This document shows positions 38,137-51,566 of a stretch of 64,000 bases of DNA, in pieces. The DNA is from Utricularia gibba (lineage: Eukaryota > Plantae > Magnoliophyta), in the NCBI GenBank assembly GCA_002189035.1, contig NEEC01000018.1, positions 1,984,001-2,048,000 on the forward strand. The letters are read 5' to 3'. A model generated the notes under the pieces. It saw only the letters and a list, made by a program, of their open reading frames with translations. It was not told where the DNA came from and did not search any database. Numbering within the stretch: the stretch's first letter is position 1; each line of letters opens with the position of its first letter. The translations under genes were made by a program, and so were the position numbers.

Positions 38137-38479
38137 CTGCAAGCAAATACATGACAAATATACGGCTCAACGGTAGAGAAGTGAACGATAAAAACTGTGG
38201 GACGGTGCCAGATGCAGGTTTAGACATGATACTGCGTGTGTTGGTGTGGGCAGAAGTGTGAGCCGTGAGGGTGCATGTATATTGTTGCCAAGCCAGTGAG
38301 TCTCAATCCCTAGAATTTTGTTCCCCATTCAAAGCGACGCCGTTTTACATTAGGGTTTTGTTCAACTGGTATTGGGGCAAAGGCTTCAGCTTTTTGGAGG
38401 AATGGGGGCAAAGACAGCTTGGTCGTGCGCTTAGTTAAGCTTTTACTGGCGGATCTCAGCCAACAAAGCAGCCGGAGAA

Positions 38480-39208
38480 ATGGAGGGAGTCGGTGCTAGG
38501 TTCGGCCGATCGTCGTCTCGTTTCGGCTCGGCGCCGGTGTTCACTGGTCCGGTTCGCAAGTGGAAAAAGCACTGGGTTCACATTCAGCCGTCAAATTCAG
38601 GGCACAATCTACACGCCGCCGCGAATGGTGCCGGAGGCAACGGTTACTCCCGTCTCATGCTCTATAAATGGACTCTTAGTGCCCATGATATTACTAATGA
38701 CGACACCGGCAACGACGAGGCTGTCACCGGGAAACCCGATGGTGACGGCGATAACAGATTAGTTGTGACTCGGAAGAGAAAATTCAAGTATATTCCGGTA
38801 TTCTTCTGCGTGCTTTAACGAGGATTCGTTTATAAAGAGAAAACCTTTCAACTTACTGTTGTCGATTTTGGTAATTTTGGTTAGGTCACCGTCCTTGAAG
38901 ATCAAAGCAATGACTTTTCAGAGCAAATTGAGGATGAAAGCAAGTTAACGGGGCTTAACTCCGAGAATGGTGGATTTCGAGAAAAGCCTGACATCAACGA
39001 TATGCCGGTGGATGAAAACCAAGTGAGTTGTGCCTTGCTTTTTTACCTTACCATCCTGTTCTTGGCTGCAACGTATTTCCTGAATGATGTTTTCAATGCC
39101 ATATTCGCATGGGCAACAAAAGCTAATGAATCACCGTTGTCCTGGCAGCCAACGGAGCTGAACCGTGGAGAATGGCAAGACTTGAATGTGGATTTGAGTC
39201 TGGGATAA
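38480..39208 (+). CDS. BCL7-domain homolog (BDH/BCL7-like SWI/SNF subunit), 3 exons
   Basis: MEGVGARFGRSSSRFGSAPVFTGPVRKWKKHWV, RLMLYKWT, RKRKFKYIP-VTVLE, EKPDINDMPVDENQ and QDLN.DLSLG*. These match my recollection of the plant BCL7-like family. Confidence 0.8.
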
Positions 39209-39656
39209 GAACTAGTGAAGTTGAAAGCTAACAAAGGAATGCGTATTGGAGGGTTCATCACGATCAAACGAGCAGCGTTTTCTCTCAAGTCATTTAACTC
39301 CACAGTTAGGAAATTCTCAATGGAAAACTGCTGCTGCAAGCTGAAACCGCGTGTCTATGTTGTAGCAGCTCACTCTGTAGTAGCAAAGGCCTTGTAGAGG
39401 ATCCCCTGAAGTAGAACAAATGAACTAGTGTTGGAATTGTGCACCTCCCAAACCTGTGTTTTGAATTATTCAATTCAAATCAGCAAGCATCAAAGGGACA
39501 TGCTGCTAAAACGCGCACACACACACACACTACATGAAGTTCATAGCCGTGAACTAAACCAATTTTCATCTGTCATTCTTTTGCCCCACAATGACGCTTT
39601 CCTTTTGATCCTGCAAAGGTATGATCTATCATATAGTCCCTGATAGTGAAAGACTT

Positions 39657-40470
39657 CCTGAATTTTGTTTTGAGCTGGTAAATCCCAGTGCTACCCATTG
39701 CGACATTTACACTGAAGAGGTTCCAATTCTTCTGTGATTCATGACAAAATAAGAGATGCATTAACATTTTCTGCACCGCCATCTCTGTATCATGAAGAAT
39801 AGGTGCTCACCGGAGTGATATCAGTGCTGTAGCGAGGCCAAATGAGACCAGTTGCTGTAACAGCTGCAAATGACCATACAGTGGAAACATTCCCAGCAAC
39901 GCATGTTCTACAACAGGGTTAAGGTGTCATCTAGATGCTCGTATTGCATAATCGACAGAACAACGTTGAACTTAGATGCTGTCTGTTGGATTCCTTTCGC
40001 ACATAATAAATCCTGTGTGTTGGTGAGCCTGTGCCACCAAAACAGCTCAATCACACAAAGTCATGTGCTTTTTGAACTGACAACTGTTTTCTTGATTTTT
40101 TTGCTACATGTAAGAGACAAAATTGCACATCAAAACATCAGCAAGGAACCAAACGGGCCCCAAAGTGTTTCCTTGTGATTCTTTCTTCTAAAAACTCAGG
40201 AAAAGAAAAAGAAACAAGCACCCTAAAAAGCTTCAAGATTGCTCACCAATCTGGTGTGGAGATGATACCTTCTCGGGGGTTCTGATATCCCCAATATCAG
40301 CAATTGTAATGCCCCATTTGAAAGCTGGTGCCCATAAAATGGACTGTGGAGAGCAACAAGCAATTATTTGAAAAGACAAAACCCCACCATAAGAACAAGA
40401 TGATGACATATGTAATAAGGACAAGTAAAAGCCAAATAGCACTCACTTAAATTCCCTTCATCATCCCAGT
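39657..40470 (-). pseudogene. MPC: Mitochondrial pyruvate carrier (MPC2/3/4-type) pseudogene
   Basis: Exons 40343-40247, 39863-39811 and 39731-~39657 give IHF[+1 nt]WAPAFKWGITIADIGD...PEKVSSPHQI-AVTATGLIWPRYSTDITP-KNWNLFSVNVAMGSTGIYQL. The first exon is degraded with no recognisable start, and the last donor lacks GT. Confidence 0.8.
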
Positions 40471-40852
40471 TCCAAGAAAAAAAAAAATGAATAATTTAAG
40501 TGTATTATTAATTAAATTATATTTAAATCGTGTGAAGTTTTTTTTGTTTGTTGTCGATTATGCCCTCAGACGATTCTAGAATTAGAATCACTGGTAACTA
40601 TTAGGGTGGAAGGGTATTTTGGGTAGTTTTGGAAAAGGATAAATGAGAAAAAGATTAATAATAATTAGATGGTGACGTCTAAAAGATCCCGCCTATCGTG
40701 GTCACCTTCTACCCATACAAATATCCCGCTCCACCCTCAACCTCACTCAACAACACTCGGCGCGCTGTACCCGTTTCCTCCTCTCGTTTCCCTCCGAAAA
40801 CGCCTAGATCTACGCGGAGAAGTCCCTGGCCGCTTGGTCGATAGTTATCGGA

Positions 40853-43800
40853 ATGGGCACCGTCGGCGCTTCGGACGGTGATCTGTTGAAGGCGCCAGAG
40901 ACAGGAGAATCTGAGCCGGCGGCGGCGTTCATGTCGGAAGGGGATGATGTAGATAAGGATATATTATGTCCGATTTGCATGCAGATTATCAAGGACGCCT
41001 TCATGACTGCTTGCGGACATAACTTCTGCTTCATGTGCATAGCTACGCATCTTCGGAATAAGAGCAGCTGTCCTTGCTGCGGTCATTTCCTTGCCCCTGG
41101 TCATCTTTACCCTAATTTTCTTCTCAATAAGGTTTGTTTACGACGCATCTTTTCTTATCTTAGTTCATTGCTCAGTAAGTTTTGTTTATCTGCGTTCCCG
41201 ACATGGAGACGTTGTTCTATCAACTTTATTGTACACCTATCTTTCGAAAACGGCCAGTAAACTTGGCAGTGTATTTTACTTCCCGGTCAGCATAGAACTT
41301 TCAGGATAAGATGAAACCTGTTTTTGCGCGTGTATTGAATTGGTTTATAAAGACTCAGAGGTACCATGATAAATGGTCTGTAAGTTTCTTAAAATGTGGT
41401 GTTCTCTCAATTGAAATTTAATAAATATGTCATTTTTTCTCCGGAACCAATCCAATATAATATTCCGGGAGAAGTTAGTTGTGAACTGCTTTCGTTTGAG
41501 ATATGAATGGGAAACTTGTTAAGCGAAGCTGCTTTGTGTCTGATGCGTATATTGAGAAGTACCAAGTTGCTTAAACTTAAGCTTTGAAGAACAACTTGGT
41601 TATAAAGTATTATTCTCTTTTGGGGAGTAGTTCCAAAGAGCAACACAGTGAAGGCTTTTTTTAAAAAAATGTTTTCAGATTGAACCTTACCTTGTGATAC
41701 TTTATACGGCATATGTAGTTACTCATGAAGGCTTCAGCTCGTCAAAAATCAAAAGACTCTTCCCCTGTGGAATATTTTCGTCAAATGTTAGAGCAGGTCA
41801 GTCATCTACCTTCTATCTTCTATAGTGCAAATGATTTTTGAATAGGATGGTAATTATACAGGGATGCGATGCATCAGTCCAGGAGCTCGAGAGCCTCTTG
41901 TACCTTATTAATCAGAAGAAGAGCAAGATGGAGCAGGAAGAGACTAAGACAAACTCACAAGTTCTGCTAGACTTCCTGCATTGTTTGAGAAAGAAAAAGA
42001 TTGATGAGTTGCATGAGGTTCTGCCCTTGTGTTGCCTGCCCTTGAAATTCTATTTCTGGAGCATCGTTTGTATCCACTGTCTCTGTTATAGATTTCAATG
42101 ATTTTTTCTGAGGCCCAAATTCATTTGTATCTTCCAGATTCAATCTGACATTCAGCTCATCAAAGAAGATGTTCAAGCCATTGAGAGACGGCGACTAGAT
42201 CTTTACTCTCTAAGAGAGAGCCACATTGCGAAGTGGAGAATGCCTATGGAGGAATCCACTCCAAGATCCATCAATCCTGTATTGATAGATCAGAATAATG
42301 CGACGGCCTCAAGAGTTCACAATGATTTAGGTCAGTGTCATGTGAGTTCTAGAGGATCATCTTCAGTGATCCCCCCTTCAACTTTGAGAAACGACCCTCA
42401 TGATTTGTCATACATCGAAAATCTTAGTCATTCTGGATTAGCATTGGCAAGAAAGAGGCAGGTCTATATGCAGGTTAGTGATTTTTCATGCAGTATGTGT
42501 TGGGAAATCAAGGTCTATTTTGGCGAACGCCTAAACTTCAACTTTTATATGGAATTTGTATTATTGAGACAATCGCACTATCTAGGGGAGTTCAAAATTT
42601 GCTCAGATTAGAGTTCATCCTAGGAATTCCAACTCCTTGTCTGAGTTGCTCATCCTTTATAACCATACCATACAACAGTTCAACGAACTAGAAGATTGCT
42701 ATTTGCAAAAACGAAGATCGACAAGAGCATCAATAGAGCAGCATTATACAGACACACAAGACTATGAAGGATATTCCGAGGGCCTTGAGGATTTTCAATC
42801 CGTCTTGTCAGCCTTCACAAAATTCAGGTGATTTTTTTCATGCAGTTTCCCCATGCTTGAAACTACATGCACAAGAATTTACCTGCTTGACATTGGTTTA
42901 TTAATCAGCCGGTTGCGCGTTGTTGCTGAACTGAGATTTGGAGAGCTGTTTCATTCAGATGTTGTGTCAAGGTCGGTAATGATCTGGGTGAAAAGCCCCT
43001 CTCCCTGCACTCTTTGAGAAGATTACTTTGAATTTAAATGATAAAATGTAGCTCGCATGCAATCATAGGAACTAAAGTAACACTGCCGATTTCCTAGTTC
43101 TAAGTTGTTTAAAACTATCAAAGTCTATTGCAGCAAAAGTTAAATGCATACAGCTCTAGTGTCAGAATGCCTCAACTTTGGGTGTGAGCTGATTTTTTTC
43201 TAATACTCCTTGGGACCAACATTTTATACCGCTCAGTGGTACTAACGAATCCTAAACTTAAGTTTGAGCAGTATCCCTTATTTCCATGGTTTTCTTATAG
43301 GAACTAGTCCCTTAACCTAAGCAGTGTTTTACTTAGATCAGTTTGTTTTTACAGCATTGAATTTGATCGTGATGATGAGCTGTTTGCTACTGCTGGAGTA
43401 TCCAGACGCATCAAGATTTTCGAGTTCACATCAGTATGTATTTGTACTTGATCTCAGTGCTGGTCTCTACTAAACAGGAAAAAAGTCAGTAGCCTTTACA
43501 AAGAATACTTCATTTGAATCTTCGTGATTTGGAGACGCATACTTTGTTGTTCTTTTTGTTGCCCGTTCATATTCTTATGGCTTTCTGAGTTCCACACCCC
43601 ACCCTCACAGGTGATTAATGAACCAGCTAATGCTCAATGCCCTGCAGCATATATATCCACCAGGTCAAAGCTCAGCTGCTTAAGCTGGAACAAGTACACT
43701 AGAAATCACTTGGCTAGCAGCGACTACGAAGGCATAATAACTCTCTGGGATGTCAGGACTCAACAGGTTGAAATGGTTTCTTTACCCCTCCTGGCGCATT

Positions 43801-44817
43801 CATTTTATTATTACACACTCCCAAAACTCAAGCCATCTAAGTTTGTTTCTCAGAGCATCATGGAGTATGAAGAGCATGAAAAACGGGCATGGAGTGTCGA
43901 CTTTTCATATAAGGAACCCTCAATGCTCGTCTCTGGGAGCGATGACTGCAAGGTAACTTTTCAACTTACAGCAGTATTCCTTTGTAGCTCTTGAAGCGTA
44001 TACCTTTAAGAATAAATTCAACAGGTGAAAATTTGGTGCACAAGGCAAGAGGCAAGCGCCATCAACATCGACATGAAAGCAAACATATGCTCGGTGAAGT
44101 ACAACCCCGGGTCTAGTTTCCATGTAGCGGTAATCTCATACCTCACTCTTCTCATTCAACTAACTCATTCTTTCCTCAAAGAATTTTCCCATGCTCACTT
44201 CCCTTGTAGGTTGGCTCTGCTGATAACCACATTCACTACTACGACCTGAGAAACACCAGGGAGCCACTACAAATCTTCACCGGCCACCGCAAGGCCGTGT
44301 CCTACGTCAAATTTCTGTCCAGCAACGAGCTCACTTCTGCCTCTACAGACAACACACTGCGCCTGTGGGATGTGAAAGAGAACGCACTCGTAAGTTCGTG
44401 CCTCCTCTTTCCAACCCTTCACTCCGCTCCCAACCATACATAACTTGCTTTCTTCTGAAGGTCCGAGTATTCAGAGGACACTCCAATGAGCGGAACTTCG
44501 TGGGTCTAACTGTGAACAGCCAATACATCTCATGCGGGAGCGAAACAAACGAAGTGTATGTGTACCATAAGGTAACTGACGAATTCCATATGCCGAGAAG
44601 TTACTGCATACCGCCCCCTTGACAACACACTTCTAAACCATCGCAGGAGATTTCCATACCAGCAGTTCGGCATAGATTTGTGAACTCAGACGTCGGCGAG
44701 GGAGACGAGGACACCAGCTCCTGCTTCATCAGCGCTGTGTGCTGGAAAAACGAGACCCCATCCATGCTTGCGGCCAACAGCCAAGGTACAATAAAGGTAC
44801 TTGTGCTTGCTCCATGA
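40853..44817 (+). CDS. COP1: E3 ubiquitin ligase COP1 (RING-coiled coil-WD40), divergent copy
   Basis: [41 protein letters not shown], coiled coil, [91 protein letters not shown]. Confidence 0.92.
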
Positions 44818-45502
44818 CTCGGAAATTTTTTCCTTTGTGTATATATAAAGCGATTCCTTTAGCCGGGGACCTATGAATTGAACCCCATTACGAGATGTAA
44901 AGTTTCAAAGTTCATATGGAAAGCGTTTCTACTTGAGAAACTCACTAAACTGTGATATCGCCATGACAATTTATGACATGTGAATTACTAATTGCTAGAT
45001 TGATTTATGTTTCAAATGCATGATTAAGATTTCGTTTGGTATAATTTCTTTAGAATTGTATTTTGAGTAATGATAATGATAAATTAAAATTTGAGATTCT
45101 GTTATTTTTTAAATTTTAGATTTTTTAATATTTATTTATAATATTTTTGAAAAGAAATTCAAAACTAAAACTTAAATGTGATGTTTGTGACGACTCTAGA
45201 AGGTTCTCTGTGTACAGCTGTTGGGTAGTTTGGTGGGATGAGAATTAGGGCTCGAGGAGGAAAAGGGACCGATGTAAACAAAAATCGAGCCACCAAAAGT
45301 ATATATATGTTTCCGTTTTCCGTTTATAGGGCGGGAGCCCTTGATTTTTTAGTACCGACTTTGTGCGGTCTGCCGGAATTACCCTCGGTGGTGATTTGCC
45401 ACACGGTGGCTCTTTGGTCTTTTCGGTTCCCAGGATTTTTCAAATATCACGTTTCGGAATTTGCTGCTTCTGTTTCGTCTTTGCAGAAGCAACGACACGA
45501 CG

Positions 45503-46632
45503 ATGGCGTCTTCTGTGATCGCTTCCGTGAATCAATTCGCTCGGTGCAGGATAGCGCCGGAGAAGCCTGGGTTCAGCATCGGATCCTCTCAATTTCCGTG
45601 GAATCGTGCCGCGTACCTGTCGCGAAAATCGGCTTCCGTTTCTCTTAAGCACCGCTTCGCGGTCTCGGCGGTGAGCGATTACGACGGCGCTGGTTCAACG
45701 GCGGTTGTGGAGAAGGAGGTTTCTGAAATTGATGTTCTGAAGAAGCAGTTGGTTGATTCCTTCTACGGTACGAACCGCGGATTGAGTGCGTCGAGTGAAA
45801 CCAGAGCAGAGGTCGTGGAGCTAATCACACAACTGGAGGCTGTGAACCCTACGCCCGCGCCAACAGAAGCGCTCTCGTTACTCAACGGCAAATGGATCCT
45901 CGCGTACGTCGTGAGATCTAGTACCTCATTTTGAGTTGTACGGCGTTTGAATTGGCGGTTGCCTGCAGGTACACGACGTTTTCCGGATTGTTTCCTCTGT
46001 TGTCGAGGGCGGCGTCGCTGCCGTTGGTGAAGATCCAGGAAATATCTCAGACGATTGACTCCGAGAATTTCACCGTCCAGAACTCGTTTCTGTTCGTCGG
46101 ACCATTGGCTTCCACCTCCATCTCCACAAACTCCAAGTTCGAAGTCCGAAGCCCCAAGCGCGTTCAGGTTGTTACGCATTTCCAAATTTACCATCACAAT
46201 ACAAAATTCTTTTCTTTTCCAATTCAAAATATCTATTAATTCCTTCCTTTTATTCCAAGATTCCTTAGCTTCGTTACAGTAGTGTTGAGTTGTAGCTCCA
46301 ACCGTACTGCGTTTCACGTGTTGCAGATCAAGTTCGAAGAGGGGGTGATCGGGACGCCCCAGTTGACCGACTCGATCGAGATCCCTGAAAATGTGGAGTT
46401 TCTGGGGCAGAAGATCGATCTCACACCCTTGAAAGGGTTGATCACCTCCGTGGAAGGGACGGCTTCCTCTGTCGCCAAGTCCATTTCCAGCCAGCCGCCG
46501 TTCAAGTTCTCCGTCTCCAACACAAACGTCGAGTCGTGGTTGCTCACCACCTACCTCGACGACGAGGTTCGTATTTCGCGGGGAGATGGAGGGGCCATCT
46601 TCGTGCTCATCAAAGAAGGCAGCCCCTTCTGA
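45503..46632 (+). CDS. FBN1: Plastid lipid-associated protein / fibrillin (FBN1/CHRC type), 3 exons
   Basis: Transit peptide, then [57 protein letters not shown]...[23 protein letters not shown]...[19 protein letters not shown]. Confidence 0.95.
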
Positions 46633-46854
46633 GTACCTAGCCGCGCCATCTTGTGGAGAAAAGGTTGTATCCATCGTGTGATGTTGTGATCTATATTTGC
46701 ATCTGGTAATGTATGACACAAGACAAGTATTCAAAGTGTGGGATTCATTAGAAGTGATATGTGTGTGTGTGTACACAAAATTGTGGGGAGTGGGGTACTT
46801 GAGAGTTGTACCCGTGGCCGGCCGGGCTGTGGCTGCGATGATCTCCTCTCGGGT

Positions 46855-49800
46855 TCATGATCCCGGGGTTCTGAAAGGGAAACTGGATTCTTCGCAGCTC
46901 CGTAGTTTGACGGCTGTCACTCTTTGCATTAGCTGTACGAGCGACTGCACCACCTCCGACATCAGGGGGCGGAATTCAGGTTCAGACTGTTGCGCAAACC
47001 AAGATGGGACCGAGTGAAAAACATGGTAGAAACCCAGAAGAAGTAATTCTGGGAGTGTTTCATGTCCTTCTAAATGCTACTAACCTGTACACAGAGGGCT
47101 ATGATGTCTGCGAACCGGCTCAGTGACTTTGCCGGATACATGCCATCCAGGGAAGGATCAACCATTTTAGCTAACGCATCGATGTCGTGGAGCTGTGGCG
47201 TGGCCCATCTTACAAGTGATTGTTCTGATCTCACCCGTGAACTGAAGACCATGAAGCAAAACAGAACGGGTTTTAGAGGTAGCGAGCTCGGTTGACCTAA
47301 TTCTCAACCTTCAATTCTGATGTTGAAAAAAAAAAACTGAAACACTTCTCTTGGAAAAACGTGGAGTTGAGATCATACCTATCAAGAGGCTTCCTACCAG
47401 TAAGAAGTTCTAGCATCACTATGCCAAAGCTGTAGACATCGCTTTTTGTAGTGTATATTCCTGATAGAGCAAATTCGGGTGCGCTGTAACCGAATGAACC
47501 TATCCACTGCGCTGAAGATGCCTGCAGAACACATTAGTTTAGATTACTTCAAATCAACTAGAGATACACTACGAAGCTCTCCAGTCATGATGGCGTAGGA
47601 GTGAGTGCACACGAGTTATAACTAAATATGCCATCTGTTTGTCATTACTGGAGCAGGACGAACTTTATACACTCGCATACCTGCCGCTCCGCGCTTGGTG
47701 CTAAAACAGCTAATCCACAGTCAGACAGATGCGCGTTGAGATCTTCATCCAGCAAAATGTTTGCTGACTTGAGGTTTCTATGCATAATTGGTGGTAGGCA
47801 CACTTCATGCAGGTACCTAACACCAAAGGATGCAGATGAGTCCACAGTGTAATTCAGTATTAGATCCAATGAACGAACTCAAATCGGGAACATACTCCAA
47901 AGCTCGAGCGACGCCCAGTGCAACCCTCACCCGGGCATTCCACGTCAGCTTCTGATTTCTCTCGTCAGCAAAATGCAGCATATCATGCAGGCTCCCATTA
48001 CCGATGAAGTCATGTACAAGAAGGCGTTGCCCGTGCTCAGCACAATACCCAAACAATGCTACAATATTGGGATGTCTCAGACGTGACATACTTGAAGCGG
48101 CCTCTAGGAAAATGTCTTCGTCCTGCAGCGAAGCAGCTGCATTGTCTATTCGTTTGATTGCCATTACCTGAGTTCAAGAAGTGCTACATCAGGATGCATC
48201 TCCCATGCAAAAATTTTTTTTAGAAAAAAGTTGATAACACAATGTTATGTAACTGAAAAGAAAGTATGAATAACCGACGTACCTTCCCGTTAAAGAACAC
48301 TCCTTTATATACACGGCCAAGGGAACCTTCACCAACCAGGTTCTCTTGAGCAAAGCAATTAGTTGCAGTTTGAAGAGTGGCTACTGTATAATGAGTTGCA
48401 GTTATCCCACACTTTACTCTTCTCAAAGATCCACTTCTTGCACTTAAGCTGTCAACTGCTACAATCTCATTTTCATCAGAAACAATGGCTGCTGCTCTCG
48501 ACCGTCGTTCTTGCATGGCTGCATTCAGTGGATATAGATTAGGACCTTGAAAAGCAAAAAAAAGAGGCACAGCATTAATAGAAAATGAATCTCAAATACT
48601 ACTAATTCGAACAACCAAGTGGGCACCTTTATCCCTGCTGTAAACAGGAAGATTTCCTCTTGAAAAGCTTTCATCTACCCCCGTTATACTTCTTTTCTTG
48701 GCGAAAGCAATTGCCAGAAGCAACAAGACCACTGCAGATAATGCTCCTAGCAATATACCTACTATAGCTCCAACTGACAACCCATTTCTTTTTGTATTAT
48801 GAGGAATGCTTGGAATTGAACTAGGTATCTCAGGTTGCTCATGGTGACGTCTGCCAGGAGGAGGTGGTGCACATATTGGTGTTGGAGGAGTTGGAATATT
48901 GGAGAAGGTATTTCCACTATATCTGGTACATGAAAAGGTAACAGATGAAAAATGGCACCAACATCTGGATACAGCCAGCATATGGATATATTTGGCTATC
49001 ACTTACAAAAAGTTGGGGATCAAAAGAAGACCATTTGGTATCAATCCACTAAAATTGTTCCTAGCAATATTCCTGATGAATCAAGAATGACAAAAAGTAG
49101 GCAAACTGTTACTAAGAAAAGCATTGTCAAGAAAACTAATTCCCTTGTTCAGTGTCTTTACAGCTACGGGGAATGCCTTATTATATCTATGGAATGCTTA
49201 CAGATTTGTCAGAGGCAGACCAACAAGGAATTCAAGAGAACCTGAAAATTTGTTGCCTTCTAACTGGCTGCAAAAGAACATCAATTTTCCATCGGTGCCT
49301 TAGGATAAAGGAAATTGCGAGGGAAAAGAGATGAACTGATGATGAAGCACTAATATAATCATTGCTCACAGAGATGAAAGACTTGTCAATGATGAGATGG
49401 ACGGCGGGAGATCCCCAGTAAAGTTGTTGAATGACAGATCTCTATAAAAAAGAGATAATTAACATGAAAACGGAACTCCTTTGCACTAGAAGGCTGAAAC
49501 ATAACATGTAAAAAAAAAACAAAAAAACAAATGAGAATAACTGAGATGCCAGGCTCCCGAGAATTAAAATATGTCACTATTCATCAACCAAGAACGAATG
49601 ATCAAATGTGACTTACAAAGTAGCTAGTGCAGGGTGGTTGACAAATATATCTCCAATCGTCTGAGTTAAATGGTTTCTGCTGATGTTCCTAAACCATGAA
49701 GGTGCGAACAGCTTAAAAGTCTCATTAAAGGATTATAGCACAGTGGAATTGTAGGAAACCACTTGCCACTTACATGTACTCCAGTGAACTCATAGCAGCG

Positions 49801-51017
49801 AAGGAATATGGAATACCTCCACTAAAATTATTTTCAGCAAGGTTTCTGAACAGACATACAGAGACAATAGAAATGGAATAGTGAGACAGGTAGAGCAAAT
49901 GCAACAAAATGCAGGATCGTTCTCGAAAAGGGTTTACATGCTGATAAGATTTGTAGGCAGTTGGTAAGGAATAGTATCATGAATGCAGTTGTTGCTCAAA
50001 TCCCTGCAGCTCAGATGAGGAAAAACGCTAAAAGGAAATAAAGTGAAGTTGACTAAAACTAAAGTATCATACAGAAAAATTCGCTCACAACGTCCTGAGT
50101 GCAGTCAGATCGTTGAGCATGTATCCCAGGGTACCATTGAGTCCGAAACCAGAAAGTTGTCTGTTCCAAAATATACACAAGCTATTTCACAAACCGCAAT
50201 ACTGTCATAACTCCAATTTTGGGTGAAGATTTTTGGATTGTGAAGTTAGATCAAATTACTCTGGAAAATAGGTCTGAATCAGAATCCATCAACCAAACAA
50301 ACAAAAAATTGAACCATATTTGAAAAGAAACAATTCATAGAACTGGTCACAAAAAACCTAGAAAGACAAATGGGGCATCAGCACTCACAGTGAGACCACA
50401 GAAGAATCCTGGCATGTGATCCCGGTCCATAATTCTCCACAAGGATCACCACCGGTTAACATCCAGCCACTTAGCTGCGAAGGGGTATTCAATGAAGAAT
50501 ACAAAACTTGGAGCGCTTGAACTGCACGGAACGAAGCATAAAATTAAGGATACACATCAAGAAAACCAATCAATCCAGAGCATCCCAAAAAGTAAGCGCC
50601 ACGTCGATAAAATGCAAGAAAATAATTCGCAGCTGTATTACTGGAGTACTACACCAAGTATCTCAAGTGGTGAAAATTCAGAAGCCTCGCCATTTACGTT
50701 CACCGACAACCAGTCAGGAACAATTAAAACAAAAGGAGATCACACAAGTAAATCCAAATTGTCAATGTATCACCGCAAACAAGACAAGATCATCGCAGCA
50801 GGTGTAATAGTCATTTCACAGTCACCAAAAAAGACGAACACAAAACGACATTTTCAACAAATCTCAACAATCGAATCAAGAATCAGCCAAGAGCGATCGA
50901 TTCACCGTCATTCAGATCAGTAACAGCATCAACCGCGCCGCCGCACAGAGTGAAGACAAAAACAGCCGCGATCAGTGCAGCCTCGTAGAAGAAACACGGA
51001 GTCCTCGGAGGCGTCAT
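46855..51017 (-). CDS. SRF8: STRUBBELIG-receptor family LRR receptor-like kinase (SRF8-like)
   Basis: Signal peptide, [20 protein letters not shown]...GGDPCGE.W.GITC, short LRR exons, Pro-rich linker, TM ([24 protein letters not shown]), then kinase: [88 protein letters not shown]. Confidence 0.9.
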
Positions 51018-51500
51018 TCGCCGACGATCAACTCCGCGCAGAGCTCTCAACTCCGACGCTCTAGATCGTGATGCGCCGTCAAAGATACCAAACAAACAAA
51101 CAAATCCTCCGGCGACGGTATGAGTGCGATCAGGTAGGTTACAAGAAATGCGTCTGCCGGCAGAGACGAGAAAAACTGCTTTAAACAGTCGCCTTTACTG
51201 TCACTAAAAGCCGCTCATCCGTAAAACCTTCCAAAACTTTCCATTACCAGCTTTTTCATTAATTTTTATTTGTATGATATTTATGAGAGGAGGGAGGAAG
51301 GGGGACAGAACAGAGCGGCGCTTGAACCATATAAAGGCAGGGAGTGGAGACAGAACACGGAAGACCGAGGAGCCCGAAATGACAGAATAGTCCTCTGATG
51401 ACAAGGACAACGACTGCTCCTCGCGGGGCCCGCCACCGCCCTTTTTGGAATCGTTTATTTTTATTTTAAAATAATTACAAATAATATCCACCTATCTATT

Positions 51501-51566
51501 TGACGTGGAACAGCAAACGTGGCATTCGCTCTCCCAACCGACACCCATCCCTCCACTTCGGCCGAC
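51501..51566 (+). promoter_or_regulatory. Compact ABRE/G-box plus DRE/CRT motif cluster upstream of SRF8
   Basis: ACGTGG at 51503 and 51517, ACCGAC at 51537 and GCCGAC at 51561, all within 66 bp. Function is inferred. Confidence 0.35.

Noticed and set aside
45763-46776. 337-aa antisense ORF over the fibrillin gene
   Set aside because: Mostly a codon-phase antisense shadow of GC-rich exons, kept in phase by a 159-nt intron. No recognisable domain.
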